Shown piece by piece: positions 38,201 through 51,710 of a stretch of 64,000 nucleotides of DNA. Positions within the stretch are counted from its first letter, which is position 1, and every line of letters starts with the position of its first letter. A program made the position numbers and the translations under genes. Source of the stretch: Leucoraja erinacea (lineage: Eukaryota); assembly GCF_028641065.1 (NCBI RefSeq), contig NC_073392.1, positions 14,198,001-14,262,000 on the forward strand. The letters run 5' to 3'. The notes under the pieces were generated by a model. It saw nothing but the letters and a program-made list of their open reading frames with translations. It was not told the DNA's origin and ran no database searches.

Positions 38201-40334
38201 CTCTGATTTTATGGCACATACGCAATTTCTTGGGTCAAGAAAGGACCTTCGGAGAACATTTACTTTTTGGCAACCAATTTATTTCTGGAGCTCGGTGAGA
38301 TTACGTGGGAGAAGAGATGTGTGGTGTCAAATCTAATCAAAAAAACTCTGCGTCAGAGATCTGTTTAAAGCTTATTTCATCTCACTTTTTTAAACTAAGC
38401 ATGTTCCACGTTCTAAATATTTAAATTCTTAACTGTTATAATGGAACCTCTGGGACATTGTTTATTCATAAAACATAAGTAGATGTTCAAGTTGAACCAG
38501 ACTCAACTTCACTAAAATGTTGCTCTGCCTGCCTGAACTGTAACTGCAGTTATATTATGATTGTGCCCTTAAAGGTCATGAAAACTTCCTAAATTACACT
38601 TGACCCAATCACTAAAGGCAGCTATCCAAGATGGTGCCAAATATTGTCACAAATAGCCAATAATGCAGTTCAACAAGTGTGGATTAAAGCCATACCCATA
38701 CACGTGAACTGTACAAAACACAATTAACACCTTTCAAGAGTGAATTCCACGATCAAGTGTAAAGAAGATTTTGTTAAGTTTCCATGCCAAAACTCTAGAA
38801 CAGTCCATAAACTGGCTAATTACCTCAAAGCCTCATTCTTTCATTCATGTGGCAACGACCCATTCACACGTAGAGGTCATTGAACTTGTAGCCTTGGAGG
38901 AGAAGGATGTGCACCTCCCTACTGTAACAACTGCAACAGACTCCAAGCTCAATTTTCCTGCCTTACTGAGCAGCTAGTTATTTTTAGCAGAGTCCATTAA
39001 ATTGTTACGCCAATTTTAATCACAATAGAATATCTTCATCTCATAATTGGTCATAATTTGGAGTAGATGAAATGAACAATAAAACAAATAAATTAAATGC
39101 AAGAAAATTGAAAACAGGTGAAATGACATGGTTGATGGAAGACTGTTTTCTGTTGGTGGGTAATGCATTAGATGCAGAACATATCATCTACGGAGAGCCA
39201 AGACTTGGCTTTCTGCTTGGATCTAATTGCTAAAAGACAGCATAAGAATAATGCCTATTACCACGAACAAAATGAAACCTGTACACTGGGAAAAAAAATG
39301 TTTAAAGCCGCAAAGAATAGAAGAAATGTCGAGGCCAATAAAATTAAGCTCTAGAATCAGGATGTGGGTGGTTTAATATGGCATGCAGCACAAGGAGAAT
39401 GAACAGGAAGTGCAAAAAACCATTGGAGTAATTAGGGCAGGAAATAAAGAAGGTCAAATGGTTAGCAAACCAGATTATGCTCTTTTCTTGCCTGTGCACA
39501 TTGTCACTGGGCTCATGACCAAATCCATTATGCCCATTTGCTTGTTACAAGTTCTGCGCTACCCAGGGAGTAATACATCTGTAGAGGGTGAACAAAAATA
39601 TGTCAATCGTGGCGACTTGGCAAGGTGGCCGCCCACTCCACTTCATCTCCCAAGTCTTTCAGCCAAAGCTTGTGATTCAGATTCAATAGCATCAGCTGTT
39701 TCAGCAGTGAACTCCAGCAATAAGATTGAAGGAGTTATATTGTTGAGACAAAATCCAAAGTACTGGAAATAGCATAAAATAATAACCTATTTTTCATCTT
39801 TAATCAATAAAAAAGTCTCTAATTAATTTTTAGACAGTGTATGGAAATCCTGACCCATCTTAAGAGTAAAATTCCCGTGGCTAAAATTAAATTATGTTAA
39901 CATTATAAGAGTAAATTAAAATTCAACTAAAAACAATATACTTAGTTATTTCACATAAACTTTATTTGCTGCCAATTACATTACTAGAGTAACGTGGATT
40001 CATTCAACAAACTACATATCACAATAAGGTCCCCAAAAATTATCAGAAAGTGGTTTGAAATGTCATTTGAGTGGCTTACACACAAATATCTTTGCTAAAA
40101 CAAGCTTTGCACAGCAGCTTACAGGGCAAGAATGAAGTGAAAATGGCTGTCAAAAGTCTGCTGCTCAGCTATCTGAGAGGAGCTTCAAAATCTTTTGATG
40201 GGAGAAAGCTATGTATCTGGAAAGCACTCCTTTCATTGTTTTACAGACAAACGTCAACAATTTTCCATGACTAGCCATATTCATAGGGTACAATGGATGC
40301 TCTTTCCTTTCGTGCTTTATGTACACATATAGTT

Positions 40335-41062
40335 ACACAACACAAAAACAAGCCTCTTGGCCCAATTTATCTTGCCAACCAAGATGCCCATCCAGTCTGG
40401 TCCCATATCCCTCTAAGCCTTTCCTATCCATGTACCTGTTCAAATGCCTTTCAAGTGTAGTTATTGCAACTGCCTCAACCACTTCAGCTCGTTCCATAAA
40501 TCTACTATCTGAGCAAAAAAAAACTCCCTTCAGGTCCCTCAACCCTAGGAAAAATATGGTACATTGCACTTATCTAGGCCCCTTGTGCTTTTGTGCATCG
40601 AGAAGATTACCCCTCAGCCTCCTGTACCCCAGGGAATAGTGTCCTGGCCTGCCCAATCTCTCCCTACAGCTCAGGCCCTCGAGGACTGCCAACATCCTTA
40701 TAAATTTTAACTGTACTCTTTCCAGCGTATTGGAATCTTTCATATAGCAGGATGACCAAAACTGAACCAATACTCTTAAGATAGACACAAAGTGCTGGAG
40801 CAACTCAGCGGGTCAGGCAGCATCTCTGGAGGAAAAGGACAGGTGACATTTTGGGGCAGGACCCTGCTTCAGACTGAAAGTAGAGGTGAGAGAACTGGAA
40901 AAGGCCAGAACAAAGCAGGGCCAGCAACAGATGACCAAGGCAGGGTAGAGCCCATAATGGCCCATAGTTGGCTGGGGAAGAGATGCTGCCTGGCATGTTG
41001 AGTTACTCCAGCACAATGTGACCAGTTTCAGAATATACCATCATCTGCAGTTCTTGTCTGCA
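40335..41062. mobile_element. Old CR1 fragment (minus, ~40335-40770) abutting a Penelope palindrome (~40780-41062)
   Basis: Minus-strand VQFWSSCYMKDSNTLERVQLKFIRML..LEGLSCRERL; gtgctggagcaactcagc on the left and gagttactccagcac on the right. Confidence 0.75.
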
Positions 41063-43710
41063 CAATACTCTAAGTACAGGCAGAGAGGTCACAAGTGGGG
41101 CCCCACGTACAATTTCAAGTCAAGGCCATTAAGCTCTGTCATATTAAGGTCTGCTAATTTCAAAACTGTGTTTGAAAATAATGCATTCATTGGCACTCTG
41201 TTCAATATGGCAGCTGCTGTGACTTGCACTACAAATATGAGTAAAAAAACAAAGTGCTAGAATAACTCAGCAGCTTCGGCAGCATCTCCGAGGACATGAA
41301 TAGACGATATTTGGGGTTGTGACCCTTCTTCAGACTGTTACGGTCCTTCGTGGAAGTCAGGCAGGTGATGAAGTATCGACTGAAGGTGTGGAACCAGTGG
41401 ATGATGAAGAGGAGTTGGTGTCCATGGCATGTCTGAGTGAGTGAGGCCCGTAGTTTTTGCAGAGACTGAGGGAGAGCCAGCCAGACCGGTGCATGGTAGA
41501 GAATGCATGGAGGAAGAACTGTTGCTGGAAGTGGTGGATACCTTAGATCCAGGTCAGGTCTGAACTGGGAAGCCTGGATTTGGAGTTGGAAGCCGCAAGT
41601 CACAAGATTGTGATGCAGGTAAGTGCTGCAGAAACAGACATGATCGTGGTTGCGTTTCTGGGTCAGAATATGGTTGAAAAGCAGGAATTACAGAGGAGGA
41701 GCAGTTAGAACAAGTCTCACAAATCTCCCATCAGAGACAGGATAGGAACTCGAGGTGGGCATACTGAGGAGATTTCACAATGGAGCAGTAAAATTGAAAC
41801 ACAAGGAACTGCAGATGCTGGAATTTTCAGCAAAACACCGAGAGGTTCAATATATCAGCGGGTCAGGCAGCATCTCTGGAGGACATGGATAGGCCACATT
41901 TCGTGTCGGGGCACTGCATCAAACTACAAATACGTGAATTTATATCACATGAGAATCTGTCAGAAAATCAACATCCAAAGTGCCCAAACTGCCTCCGCTA
42001 CATCAGATTCATTGTTTGTTAGAAGTTTCAAACTTCTATGCCTCATTAGTCACGGTAACTAAACATTCTGAGTCATAAATATGGTTGACCAACCTCTCAA
42101 CTACTAAAGTCTATTTTTATGAGTGTGCAGTCTCAGAACACTTAAATATTAAATGATTCGTAAAATAATAAAAATCACCACATTCTCCTTAAAATGCATT
42201 CAAACGTCAAAAATGTCTAAAGTGGTTTCTGCAAAATCATATCAATGTGAAGTATATGTCATGTCTTTATTTCCAGACTTGTCATATACTTCAATCTGAC
42301 GAATGCATCAGTAAACCTTTTCACTGGACACTTCAGTTCCACAATAAATGGAACTCAAAGTGATCACTTGACAGGTGAAATTTATAGTCTGCAATCCCCT
42401 AATTTTTTCAGGATAGTCTTGGTCAAGTTCCTTTGCTGCTGACTGGAAAATCCAGGACATTGTGACGATGGGCGAGGAAGAGCAAAGATGACTTCTAGTC
42501 TATAAGAAAAATTGGATTGGACTACTTTTTACAACTTTATCTATTCCATTCAAAGTGCTAGTTTGGAGAATTTGTTTGGGTTTAGTTATCAACTAAGCCC
42601 TGAAGTAATTGGTCGAGTTACCTAAAAACCTTATGTTAATGTGCACAAGGTTGTCAATAGCAGAGACACAAATCTTCACAGGATTAGTTTGAGCAGGCAA
42701 GTCCTGTTAATGAATCTAGCAATCAAAAAGCCCGAGGAGCTGTTGTGGGAATGGACGAGGCGAACAACACAGATTCTCAAAGAACGTCGGGTAATCCAAC
42801 AATCAAAATCTCATACAAGAATTATCGGTGGACAAATGGAAAAGGCCATTCAGTAATTTAAAAGCATTGTTTTTGTTAAAATAATGAACAATGGGAAGGA
42901 TTATTCATTATAAAAACAGATAAAGGCTATCGATTTTAAAATGTAGTCCCATCTTTATTAACGGACCAACTAGTAGAGATTTGTTTTATTTAGTTATTCC
43001 GTCATCGTGCAAAGTCCATTCCTGAACCCAGGAGACAATTAACAGTAAACTACATAAGCAGGTCATGATGGTACACCTCTTTATTTTATAATAATCCAGA
43101 ATTCTGCAGTTACCTTTTCTGAGACTAGTTTTAATTCTAGATTTATTTGTTTATTTAAATTCCACAACTACCATGGTGGGATTCAAAATGCATATCTAAA
43201 TCAACATAGGGTTATAAAGCCACTGAAACGGGCCATTTGGCCCACTTTGTCCTTGACCAACTGAGTTGGCATACATACTGAGATAGTCCCATTTGTTTAC
43301 ATTTTAGTCTATAGCCCCTAAACCGTTTCTTATATCCACATATCTGCCCAAATATTTTTGAAAAGTTATAATTCTAAATGCATCTATAGCTTCCTTTGTC
43401 AGCTCATTCCGGATACCGATTATCCTTTTAGTGAAAAAGTTGCTCCCGAGGTCCCTCTTAAATGTCGCCTCTCTCACCATGAACTATTCCCCCCAGTTAC
43501 AGAACCCCCTACCCTTGGGAAAAGGCTGGAAAACCCTGGAGAAACATCTTGAACTGGATGCATATCTATTACGCTCCTGGGTTAGTTATATATCGCTTGA
43601 TCACATAATTAGAGATTATTCAAGTGAAAGATATGGGAAAATTATAACCCATGTAATTCAGCAGACTGAAAGAAAGGCTGCTACTTTCCTGAATGTTTGG
43701 AGGATTTGAA

Positions 43711-43965
43711 ATAGACAAATAGACAATAGACAATGGGTGCAGGAGTAGGCCATTTGGCCCTTCGAGCCAGCACCACCATTCAATGTGATCATGGCTGATC
43801 ATCCCCAATCAGTACCCCGTTCCTGCCCTCTCCCTATATCCCCTGACTGCTATTTTTAAGAGCCCTATCTAGCTCTCTTGAAAGCATCCAGAGAACCTGC
43901 CTCCACCGCCCTCTGAGGCAGAGAATTCTACAGACTCACCACTCTCTGCGAGAAAAAGTGTTTCC
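43711..43965 (-). mobile_element. CR1/HER1 3' end, (atagaca)n-tail subfamily
   Basis: atagacaatagacaatgggtgcaggagtaggccatttggcccttcgagcc... Confidence 0.9.
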
Positions 43966-44737
43966 AAAAGGAAATATTTAGGAGAAAGAGCAGATTTGCA
44001 GGAGTTGAAAATGAAGAATAGGATACATTGTCACCAGCAGGTGATTTTCATTCAAATAAAAAATGCACTGATAATAATGTAACCGTATAATTTGTCCATA
44101 CAATGTGTGTACATTGCAACAAATTTCAAGCATCAAATTGATAATGGTACGTTTTAACCTTTCTTTACTGGATGCATCGTCACAGCTGTTCAGTATTCAC
44201 TTGCACAGCTCCCCATGTTAAAATGCTAAAGCAAATCAATCACACCAATATTAATATTTCATGAGAATCTTTGGAATACACTGTTAATGGCTCAGCATGC
44301 GACAATGATTTAAAAGACCAACAACTTCTGTCAGTCAGTAACTGATTGATAAAATTCTCATTTAAAATTCTCCGCAAAATATGATCCCAATTGATTTAGT
44401 AAGGAACTCTTGTTCGCTTTAAAACAATTGTATGGATCACAATGTGTCTTTTCATGTAGCACCTTGGCCCATGGCACATTTTAGTCATAATCTGTGAATG
44501 GCTAAATGCACTGTTGAACTGGGAATGGTTTCCATACATCACATAATAATGGTGAAGTTCAAAGTCAATTACTAAATGTAATCTGCATTTCCAAACACGA
44601 CCGATAAACTGTTGGGGTGTTTGTACATCAGCCCATTGTGTCTGGAATTTGAGGCAATTGGCAGGCAACATGCATTTTTTCATATTGCGCTGCAACAGTT
44701 GTTTGTGTCTACATGCTTTCTACAGGCCTTAAATGCA

Positions 44738-45005
44738 TTAGTTTAGTTAAGAGATACAGCATAGTAAACAGACCTTTCGGCCCACTGACTCCACGCTGGC
44801 CAGCGATCACCCGCATGCTAGTTCTATGTACGGGGCCCAATTAAATACAAACTTGCACGTCTTTGGAATGTGAGAGGAAACCGGAGCATCGGGAGAAAAC
44901 CCATGCAGTCACGAGGGGAAGCGTGCAAACTGCGTAGAGATAGCGCCCTTAGTCAAGATTGAACCCGGTTCCCTGGCACCGTAAGGCAGCAACTATACTG
45001 CTGCG
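44738..45005 (-). mobile_element. HE1-type SINE
   Basis: ttagtttagtt tail...gaggaaaccggagc...gattgaacccggttccctggcaccgtaaggcagcaact. Confidence 0.85.
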
Positions 45006-46147
45006 ATTTAATGTTTTAATATGATTTAACACTTAACGGGTCTTAATGCCAGCAAGGAATCCTGCGTGACCATAGGGTAAATGACCCGTCCTTATCTGAG
45101 TCACTAGCAGGAGGATATCAGCAAAGATAACCATTGGATTTCAGAAGGGAGCTGGTTACCCCAATATTGCAGTAATTTCCATTTTGGAGAGAGAGAACCC
45201 GGCCATTTGCTGCTTGCCCTGGACACCTATTTCCAATAGCTCCGTCCTATTTGTCTGCCTGAAACAATGATACCTACACCCATCTCTGACCTGCAACGAG
45301 AATAACAATATTTTAGATTTCTTGCTGGCATGTGTCACACACGTTTCTCACTGGTTTGGTCATATCACAAACGTAGCTTCAGATACTTTCCCAACAGAAT
45401 ATCCATCAAACTGGCCCATTTTCACCACTGCTTGCACCTCATGGTCAAATCTGCCACAAATCAACCCCAGCAGTTGATGCAGAAGCTTTCAGTGAAAACT
45501 GTCTCTTTAAAAGCTCCCATCTTTTATGGGAGTTTATCGTTTTAAGTGTAGGTGGCATTGCACTGAACATGGAAGATATTGCCCAACCAAGGGCCCCATT
45601 AAATTTCATATGCACAATAAGCACAAATTTAATGTGTACACCACAGCATTTTCCAACATAGACATCTTTCTCTTTACTAATTAGAAAAATGCACATATCA
45701 ATTAAAACAAAACCATATTTTTTCAGATGATAATGATAACTTAATCTAATAATTTATCAGCAATTCCCACAACATTAAATTGCCAAGAAAATTATGCTGA
45801 AAAAAATGTGCGCTAAAATGACCGAGCACAGGGCCAGTTTGTCAGTTCATTATGTTGCAACTCACACATGAACATCATTTGATAATTTGAATGTTGTTCA
45901 CATTAGTCAGGCTGCTAGCAGAAGAGCTTGATTAAGGGCAGGTCGCCACTTCCTAGCAGATTGGAACTTACTGCCTATTTCCACTGCTGGAAGTCACTGT
46001 AGAGTTTCGAGAGCACGCTATGTATTCTTGCTAAGCTAGAGTTGAGCATTCCTTGTTGAAGAATCACAGATCTTTTATGGGACAAATGTTCCCATATTAT
46101 GCAGCAAGTAGATTTAAAGGTATCAGTATTGTTTGCCTATAATCGCA

Positions 46148-46466
46148 GCACAGTGTCCTAGCGGTAGAGTTGCCGCCTTACAGCGCCAGAGACCCAGATT
46201 CGATCCTGACTACAGGTGCTGTCTATAGGGAGTTTGTATGTTCCCCCTGTGACCTGTGTGGGTTTTCTCAGAGATCTTCGGTTTCCTCCCACACTCCAAA
46301 GTGGTGCAGGTTTGTAGGTTAATTGGTTTGATATAATTGTATAAATGTAAAATTGCCCCTAGTGTTTGTTGGGTAGTGTTAATGTGCATGGATTGCTGAC
46401 CAGTGGTGCTTGGTGTGCCGAAGAGTCTGCTTCCACCCTGTATCTCGAAGCTAAACTAAACTAAAA
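46148..46466 (+). mobile_element. Near full-length HE1-type SINE
   Basis: tRNA-like head tagcggtagagttgccgccttacagcgccagagacccagattcgatcc, central ggtttcctcccacactcc domain and a (ctaaa)n tail. Confidence 0.9.
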
Positions 46467-47974
46467 TATAAGTGATAGGCTGCTAAGAGAGCTGACATAC
46501 ACTTAGTGGGCCAAATGGTCCGATTCTATCACAAGTAAATATGGAAAATAATGTGAAGTAATACAAAACTATGTCTACTCATTAGTCCACAGAAATCAAT
46601 ATACAACAGACTTCAAAACGAACGAGGGAAAAGACTGAACCAGAAAGTCATCCCTCAAGTGCAATCACTTTTACCAGAAAGCATCTTGGGCTTTCCATCC
46701 AATTCTGTTCACTAAGGCATAAAGACATTCAAAACAAGAAGACATCAGGGTGGGAAGCTACAAACCAGAATACTAAATCTGTTTAAATGTCAATAGATAT
46801 GTGGGCTTTTTAACCCTGAAAGGAAATAAATCAAATAAATAGGGAGAACAATTAACACATACCATAAAGAGAAGATGGATAGTGTCTACATACTAAATAT
46901 GGCAAAACACACTTCAGTAAATTTGAAGATTTCTAATCAATTAGACCATTCAGCGAAATAGGTTGTGAATGTAATGTTTAAGCATAATGATGTACTAGTA
47001 TAATAACATGTTGACTGTTGCATGTAATTCTGATCGGCATAAGACTGTGTATTCTGGGGAAATAGTAGTGAAGAGCTACAACACTCATCATTAACATCAC
47101 AGGAAAGTTTATTTAACTTGAATAGGATTTTTTTTCCCCATCAAATTAAAAACTTGCTTAATTACCGAACCATGAATGAAAAAGGGGACAGGAGTTATCA
47201 AAATAAAGGCTTACACATTCTCGTAAATCTACTGTTTGAATATTCCAGAATGATTGAAATTTCAATGTAATACTGTAAAAAAAAGGAGAAAATGTATCCT
47301 TGACTGTTGACAACAAAACTTAATATTGAACGCTGTGTGATCATTTTAATTTGCACCCAACTAGTGAATTAAATGTTCCTAAAAAGTAATTAAAAAAAAA
47401 AAAAATCAGCATTCTGACAAGTTTTGATCTATTCTTATTTAAAAGTATTTTTTAAATGTTTTAATTCTATCATTATCAGGGATGATTTGGGTTGCACACA
47501 TTTTTTTCCTTTGTTCTCCATACCATTGTTAGACGCGAAAGCTCGAGTCACTTAGTAGAGATATTTCAGGCAGGCAGATTAAACATTTGCTTCCCCAATG
47601 CAGGCTGTGATTCCAAAGCTTGCATTTTGAATAACCTGGGGCATCAGCAGAAACCTTGTATGGTGCCTTAAATAATGTTATTCTGAGAACGTTATGTATT
47701 TACCAGAATCAAAATGAGCTATAGTCAAAAGAAACACACTTCCATAAGGATTATCATATCTGCCGTGAAAGCTTGCTGATCCTTTAGGTTCTTAGGCTAC
47801 AATTTGATTACTTGTTTCATGAATGTCACTCAGCAAAATATAACACATGTCCTTCTCTTCACCAGTTTCCATTTATTCTTCATATTGCATTATCTCTTCC
47901 CACACCACAACACATACATGATTTTGTTGACTCGTTCTGAACATCCTTGTTTGCTTTGTACACTTTTCTAAACT

Positions 47975-48475
47975 TTAGGTTGAGGGGTGACCTGATGGAA
48001 GTATGTACCATTATGAGGCATAGATAGAGTTGAGTGCCAGAACTTTTCTCCAAGGATGGAAAATCAAATACTAGAGGGAAGAGCTTTAAGGTGAGAGGCG
48101 GAATACCTAAAGGAGATGTGCGGGGCAGGATTTGTTTACACAAAGGTTGGCGATTGCCTGGAACAGGGGTCAAGAGTCAAGAGTGGTTATTGTCATTGAG
48201 ATGGAACAATGAAATTCTTACTTGCAGCAGCACAACAGGGAAGCAAACATAGCACTCTATAAAACCTGATGGTTGTGGGGAAGAAACTGCCACTGAACCT
48301 AAATGTTACAGTTGTGGAGCCAGACACAATAGTGCCATTTAAGAGATTTTTGGATAAGCACAAGGATATGCAGGGAATGGAGGTTTATGGATTATGTACA
48401 GGCAGATAAGCATTGGTCTTGCCATCATTTTCAACACAGACATTGCAGGTCGAAGGGCCTGTTCCTAATCGTTCT
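47975..48475 (+). mobile_element. Old CR1-type 3' fragment with a ~140-bp inner insertion
   Basis: ggttgaggggtgacctgatggaagt, SNTRGKSFKVRG and a gtcgaagggcctgttcc end; caagagtcaagagt insert at ~48170-48310. Confidence 0.7.
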
Positions 48476-49829
48476 AATATGAGAATTTGTTTACACTTTC
48501 CAAACAGATCGCACAGTTCATTAGAATCAAAAAACAGACAATAAACTCACAACCATATGCTCATAATTAGCAGTAGCTTAATCACAGTATTATGTTCCAT
48601 TCAACATATATTCTTCATAAAGTGTCAGTTTCTGTAATATTTCGTGCCTGTAACCATATGGCTTGGAAATGAATGTTTTAATTTAGGCTGGAGACAAAAG
48701 GAAATGCAAATGCTGATTGACCAAAAAAAAGATATAAAATGCTGGAGTAACTAAGCAGGTCAGATGGGTCCCACCTGAAACATCACCTATCCACCTTCTC
48801 TGAAATGGTGCCTGGCTGCTGCGTTACTCCAGCACTTTGTCTTTTTTGATATTGTATCAGTATTCATCTAACAAGTGGCTAAGACACAGGTATTCAGTTT
48901 GATTGTTAATCTGCATGGTCCTTGGGTGGAATATCATGTTTGTAATACTTAAATAACATTTAGCTTACAGTCAAATGCGAAATAAGTAAACTCACCAATA
49001 TTTTCTATTTCAACACCTATAGCCAACTTTCAATAACTCACTAAATATTGATGTAAAATTCCCTTTGATTTTCAATTGTAATTCTATTGTCATTAAATAT
49101 TCAGCCACATCAGCCAAACCTGGTCAAAGACTCCAGGTTTCCAGTGAACAACAACACATGACAAGTCAATGGGGATGGAATTCAATCAGGTAACAGATGT
49201 TCTTCACAAGCTGCTAACCTAATGAAAGCAAGTTATACCCCTGATAATCAGAGCAAAGAGGAAACATCAGGCATTCAAGTGATTCACTTTTGCAAGAAAT
49301 CTACCATCAACATTGACACATTTTATTGAGCGGATTTCATTTGAATGCATTGTGTGTTTCTAAAACAGTGCTGGCTGTAGAATCACATTGTTGCACAGGC
49401 ATCACCAAAAGTACAGTTCTGCAGCACAAATGTAAACAAGGAGGAAGTGATGACGGGGGAATGGTTACTGCCATACACGCTACATGTTATGAAACTCACA
49501 CCGATTAACAGTACGATGCAAATGATCTCATTGACATCCAGACATCAGCATTATGTATTCGCGGTTTCATTTTTTTTCGATAAAATCTAATTTCTCTTGA
49601 GATTGTTTTGGGACTTTCCTGCGGCAATTGCAAAACCAGAGTTGGTATAGCTTGTTAACAACTACTGAGACTGAGAATTCCTCTGTCTATAAGGAGCAGC
49701 AAGAAGGGAAATAGGTTTTGCCATTATGGTTCAGTGAGGGAGACTAGGATTTTGGGCAGGGTGTAAAGTGGGCAACATCAAATCAGCCACGTAATTGGCC
49801 ATATACACATGATTTGTCTTTCAATTCCC

Positions 49830-50322
49830 CTCCCGTGAGGGGTGGAAAGGGGAAAGAACAAAGGACCTGGAGTGGGGGGACCGCCTTGAAGGTGGGGGGG
49901 AGGGGGGGGGGGAGAACAAAGGAGGAGCTGGTGCGGGATACTTTGTGACTTAGTCAGAGCAGTTTATGTGATCATTATTTGCTTGACCCGAAACGTCATC
50001 CATTCCTTCTCTCCAGAGATGCTGCTTGTCCCGCTGAGTTAAGCCCCTCCCACTTAGGAGACCTAAACAGCAACCTCTGGTGACCTTGCCCGCCACCCAA
50101 AAAACAAAATCAAGGTCGAGGTGACCTGCAACCTCCTACCACCTCCCACGCATATGTTGAAAACCTTCCTCGACTATGAAGAAATCCGGCTTCGACTAGA
50201 CCTGCGACTAAAAAATTATCGATTTTTAAAAGACTCCAGCTTTTTGTGTCTATCTTCGAAGCAAAGAATTTCACTGTGCCTTGTCACATGTGACAATAAA
50301 GTATTGCATTCCATTCCAATTC
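49830..50322. mobile_element. Nested repeats: G-rich LINE-like 3' end, Penelope repeat inside it, DNA-transposon-like fragment inside that
   Basis: The Penelope motif cgctgagtta|ctccagc is split by ~190 nt (50041-50230). The outer element resumes at ~50258 with aataaa and a (ttcca)n tail. Confidence 0.6.
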
Positions 50323-51411
50323 AAAGCAACAATTTGTAAATTAGGAAAAATGTCTAATAGGCACCCAACGATATTGGTATAATCATTCAGTGAGGCCAAA
50401 CAGTATTGGTGAGATTTAATTCCCACTCTTATGATATATTGAACATTGAAAGCTAATTTGGGATTCTATAATTAGCAGTATGCAGAGTAATGTTTTATAT
50501 TATTTCATCTTTAACAGCACAGACACCCAGTGAATCTGTGGATATGGACCGGGGATCTAAATAACCCCAGCCAGCAAAACTGGATGCATTTGTTCGTCAG
50601 AAGGTGCAAGACATCACTAGTAAATTCACCTGTCCAATGCTGACAAGAGTACTGGCTTCATTACTCACGATTACACCCAAGTCTACTTCACCCAAAGTAA
50701 TCAAAATATTATTTCTACATCACAATGCAGAGGTCAATCAAATAGAGTTCAGAAATAAAATCCTCAATGCCATAACAAAAAAAAAAAACAAAGACGGCAA
50801 CAAGCTCTGGGCGAAAGGGAACTGAATAATTACTAGAAATTTTTCCTTCAATTTACCTAAACAATCTGCAAGTCTCCCATGGATACCAATGTTAAATATT
50901 TAACGCACTGCAAGATCTGCCATGGAGACCACTTATGTTCTTTCACAGGACGTCACGCAGAAGTACTTCATAGAGAAGCTAGGATTTTAGCACACATGAA
51001 CTTTGTTCAGTCTTTCACCAGCCCTCCACTGAAAAGGTTATTAGGAAACAGTGCAAACTGTGTGCATGGCAAGGATTTTAAATAAACTACCCATAATAGA
51101 AAACAGATTTGCCTTTGTCACAACACAGTGGATACTCAATTGTGACTATCGCCTTTTATCTGACATCATTTCTGCTGAAGTTATTTTCTTCTGCATTTCT
51201 TTATCTAGCTCGCATGCAGAAGTAATAATTGTATCAATGCTTAATTTTTCTTGCCACCATTCTTTGATGATTTGTTCAATCCCAAAAGGCACCTGATTTT
51301 TACTCCCTACCACAGATGATGTAACTCTTCATGTGTCTGTTGTTCATGAGCAAGCCTTGCTATGAATGCCCGAAGGTTCTCCAATCACAGGTGGCATTAG
51401 GTCAGGTCACA

Positions 51412-51710
51412 ATGTATAAGAAGGAACTGCTGATGCTGGTTTAAACCAAAGATAGTCACAAAAAGCTAGAGTAACTCAGCGGGACAGACAGCATCTCTGG
51501 ATAGAAGGAATGGGTGATGTTTTAGGAAGAGACTCTTCTTCAGGCTAGTTAGGGAAAAGGGAAACGAAAGATATAGACGATGATGTAGCGAGATAAAGAA
51601 CATTTAATGAAAGATACAAAAAAGTAACAATGACATAGGAAACAGGAAATTGTTAGCTGTTTTTTTGGTGAAAAAAGAGGCTGGTGTGACTTGGGTTGGG
51701 GAGGGATAGA
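51412..51710 (-). mobile_element. Penelope terminal repeat
   Basis: gaaggaactgctgatgctggttta...gagtaactcagcgggacagacagcatctctgga...cttcttcag. Confidence 0.8.

Noticed and set aside
41336-41640. GA-rich insert beginning TGTTACG after a Penelope repeat, as a possible LTR
   Set aside because: I found no convincing CA end with a 4-6-bp target duplication and no polyA signal.
46148-46210. tRNA-like sequence with A/B boxes
   Set aside because: It is the head of an HE1-type SINE and continues into the SINE body and tail, so it is not a tRNA gene.
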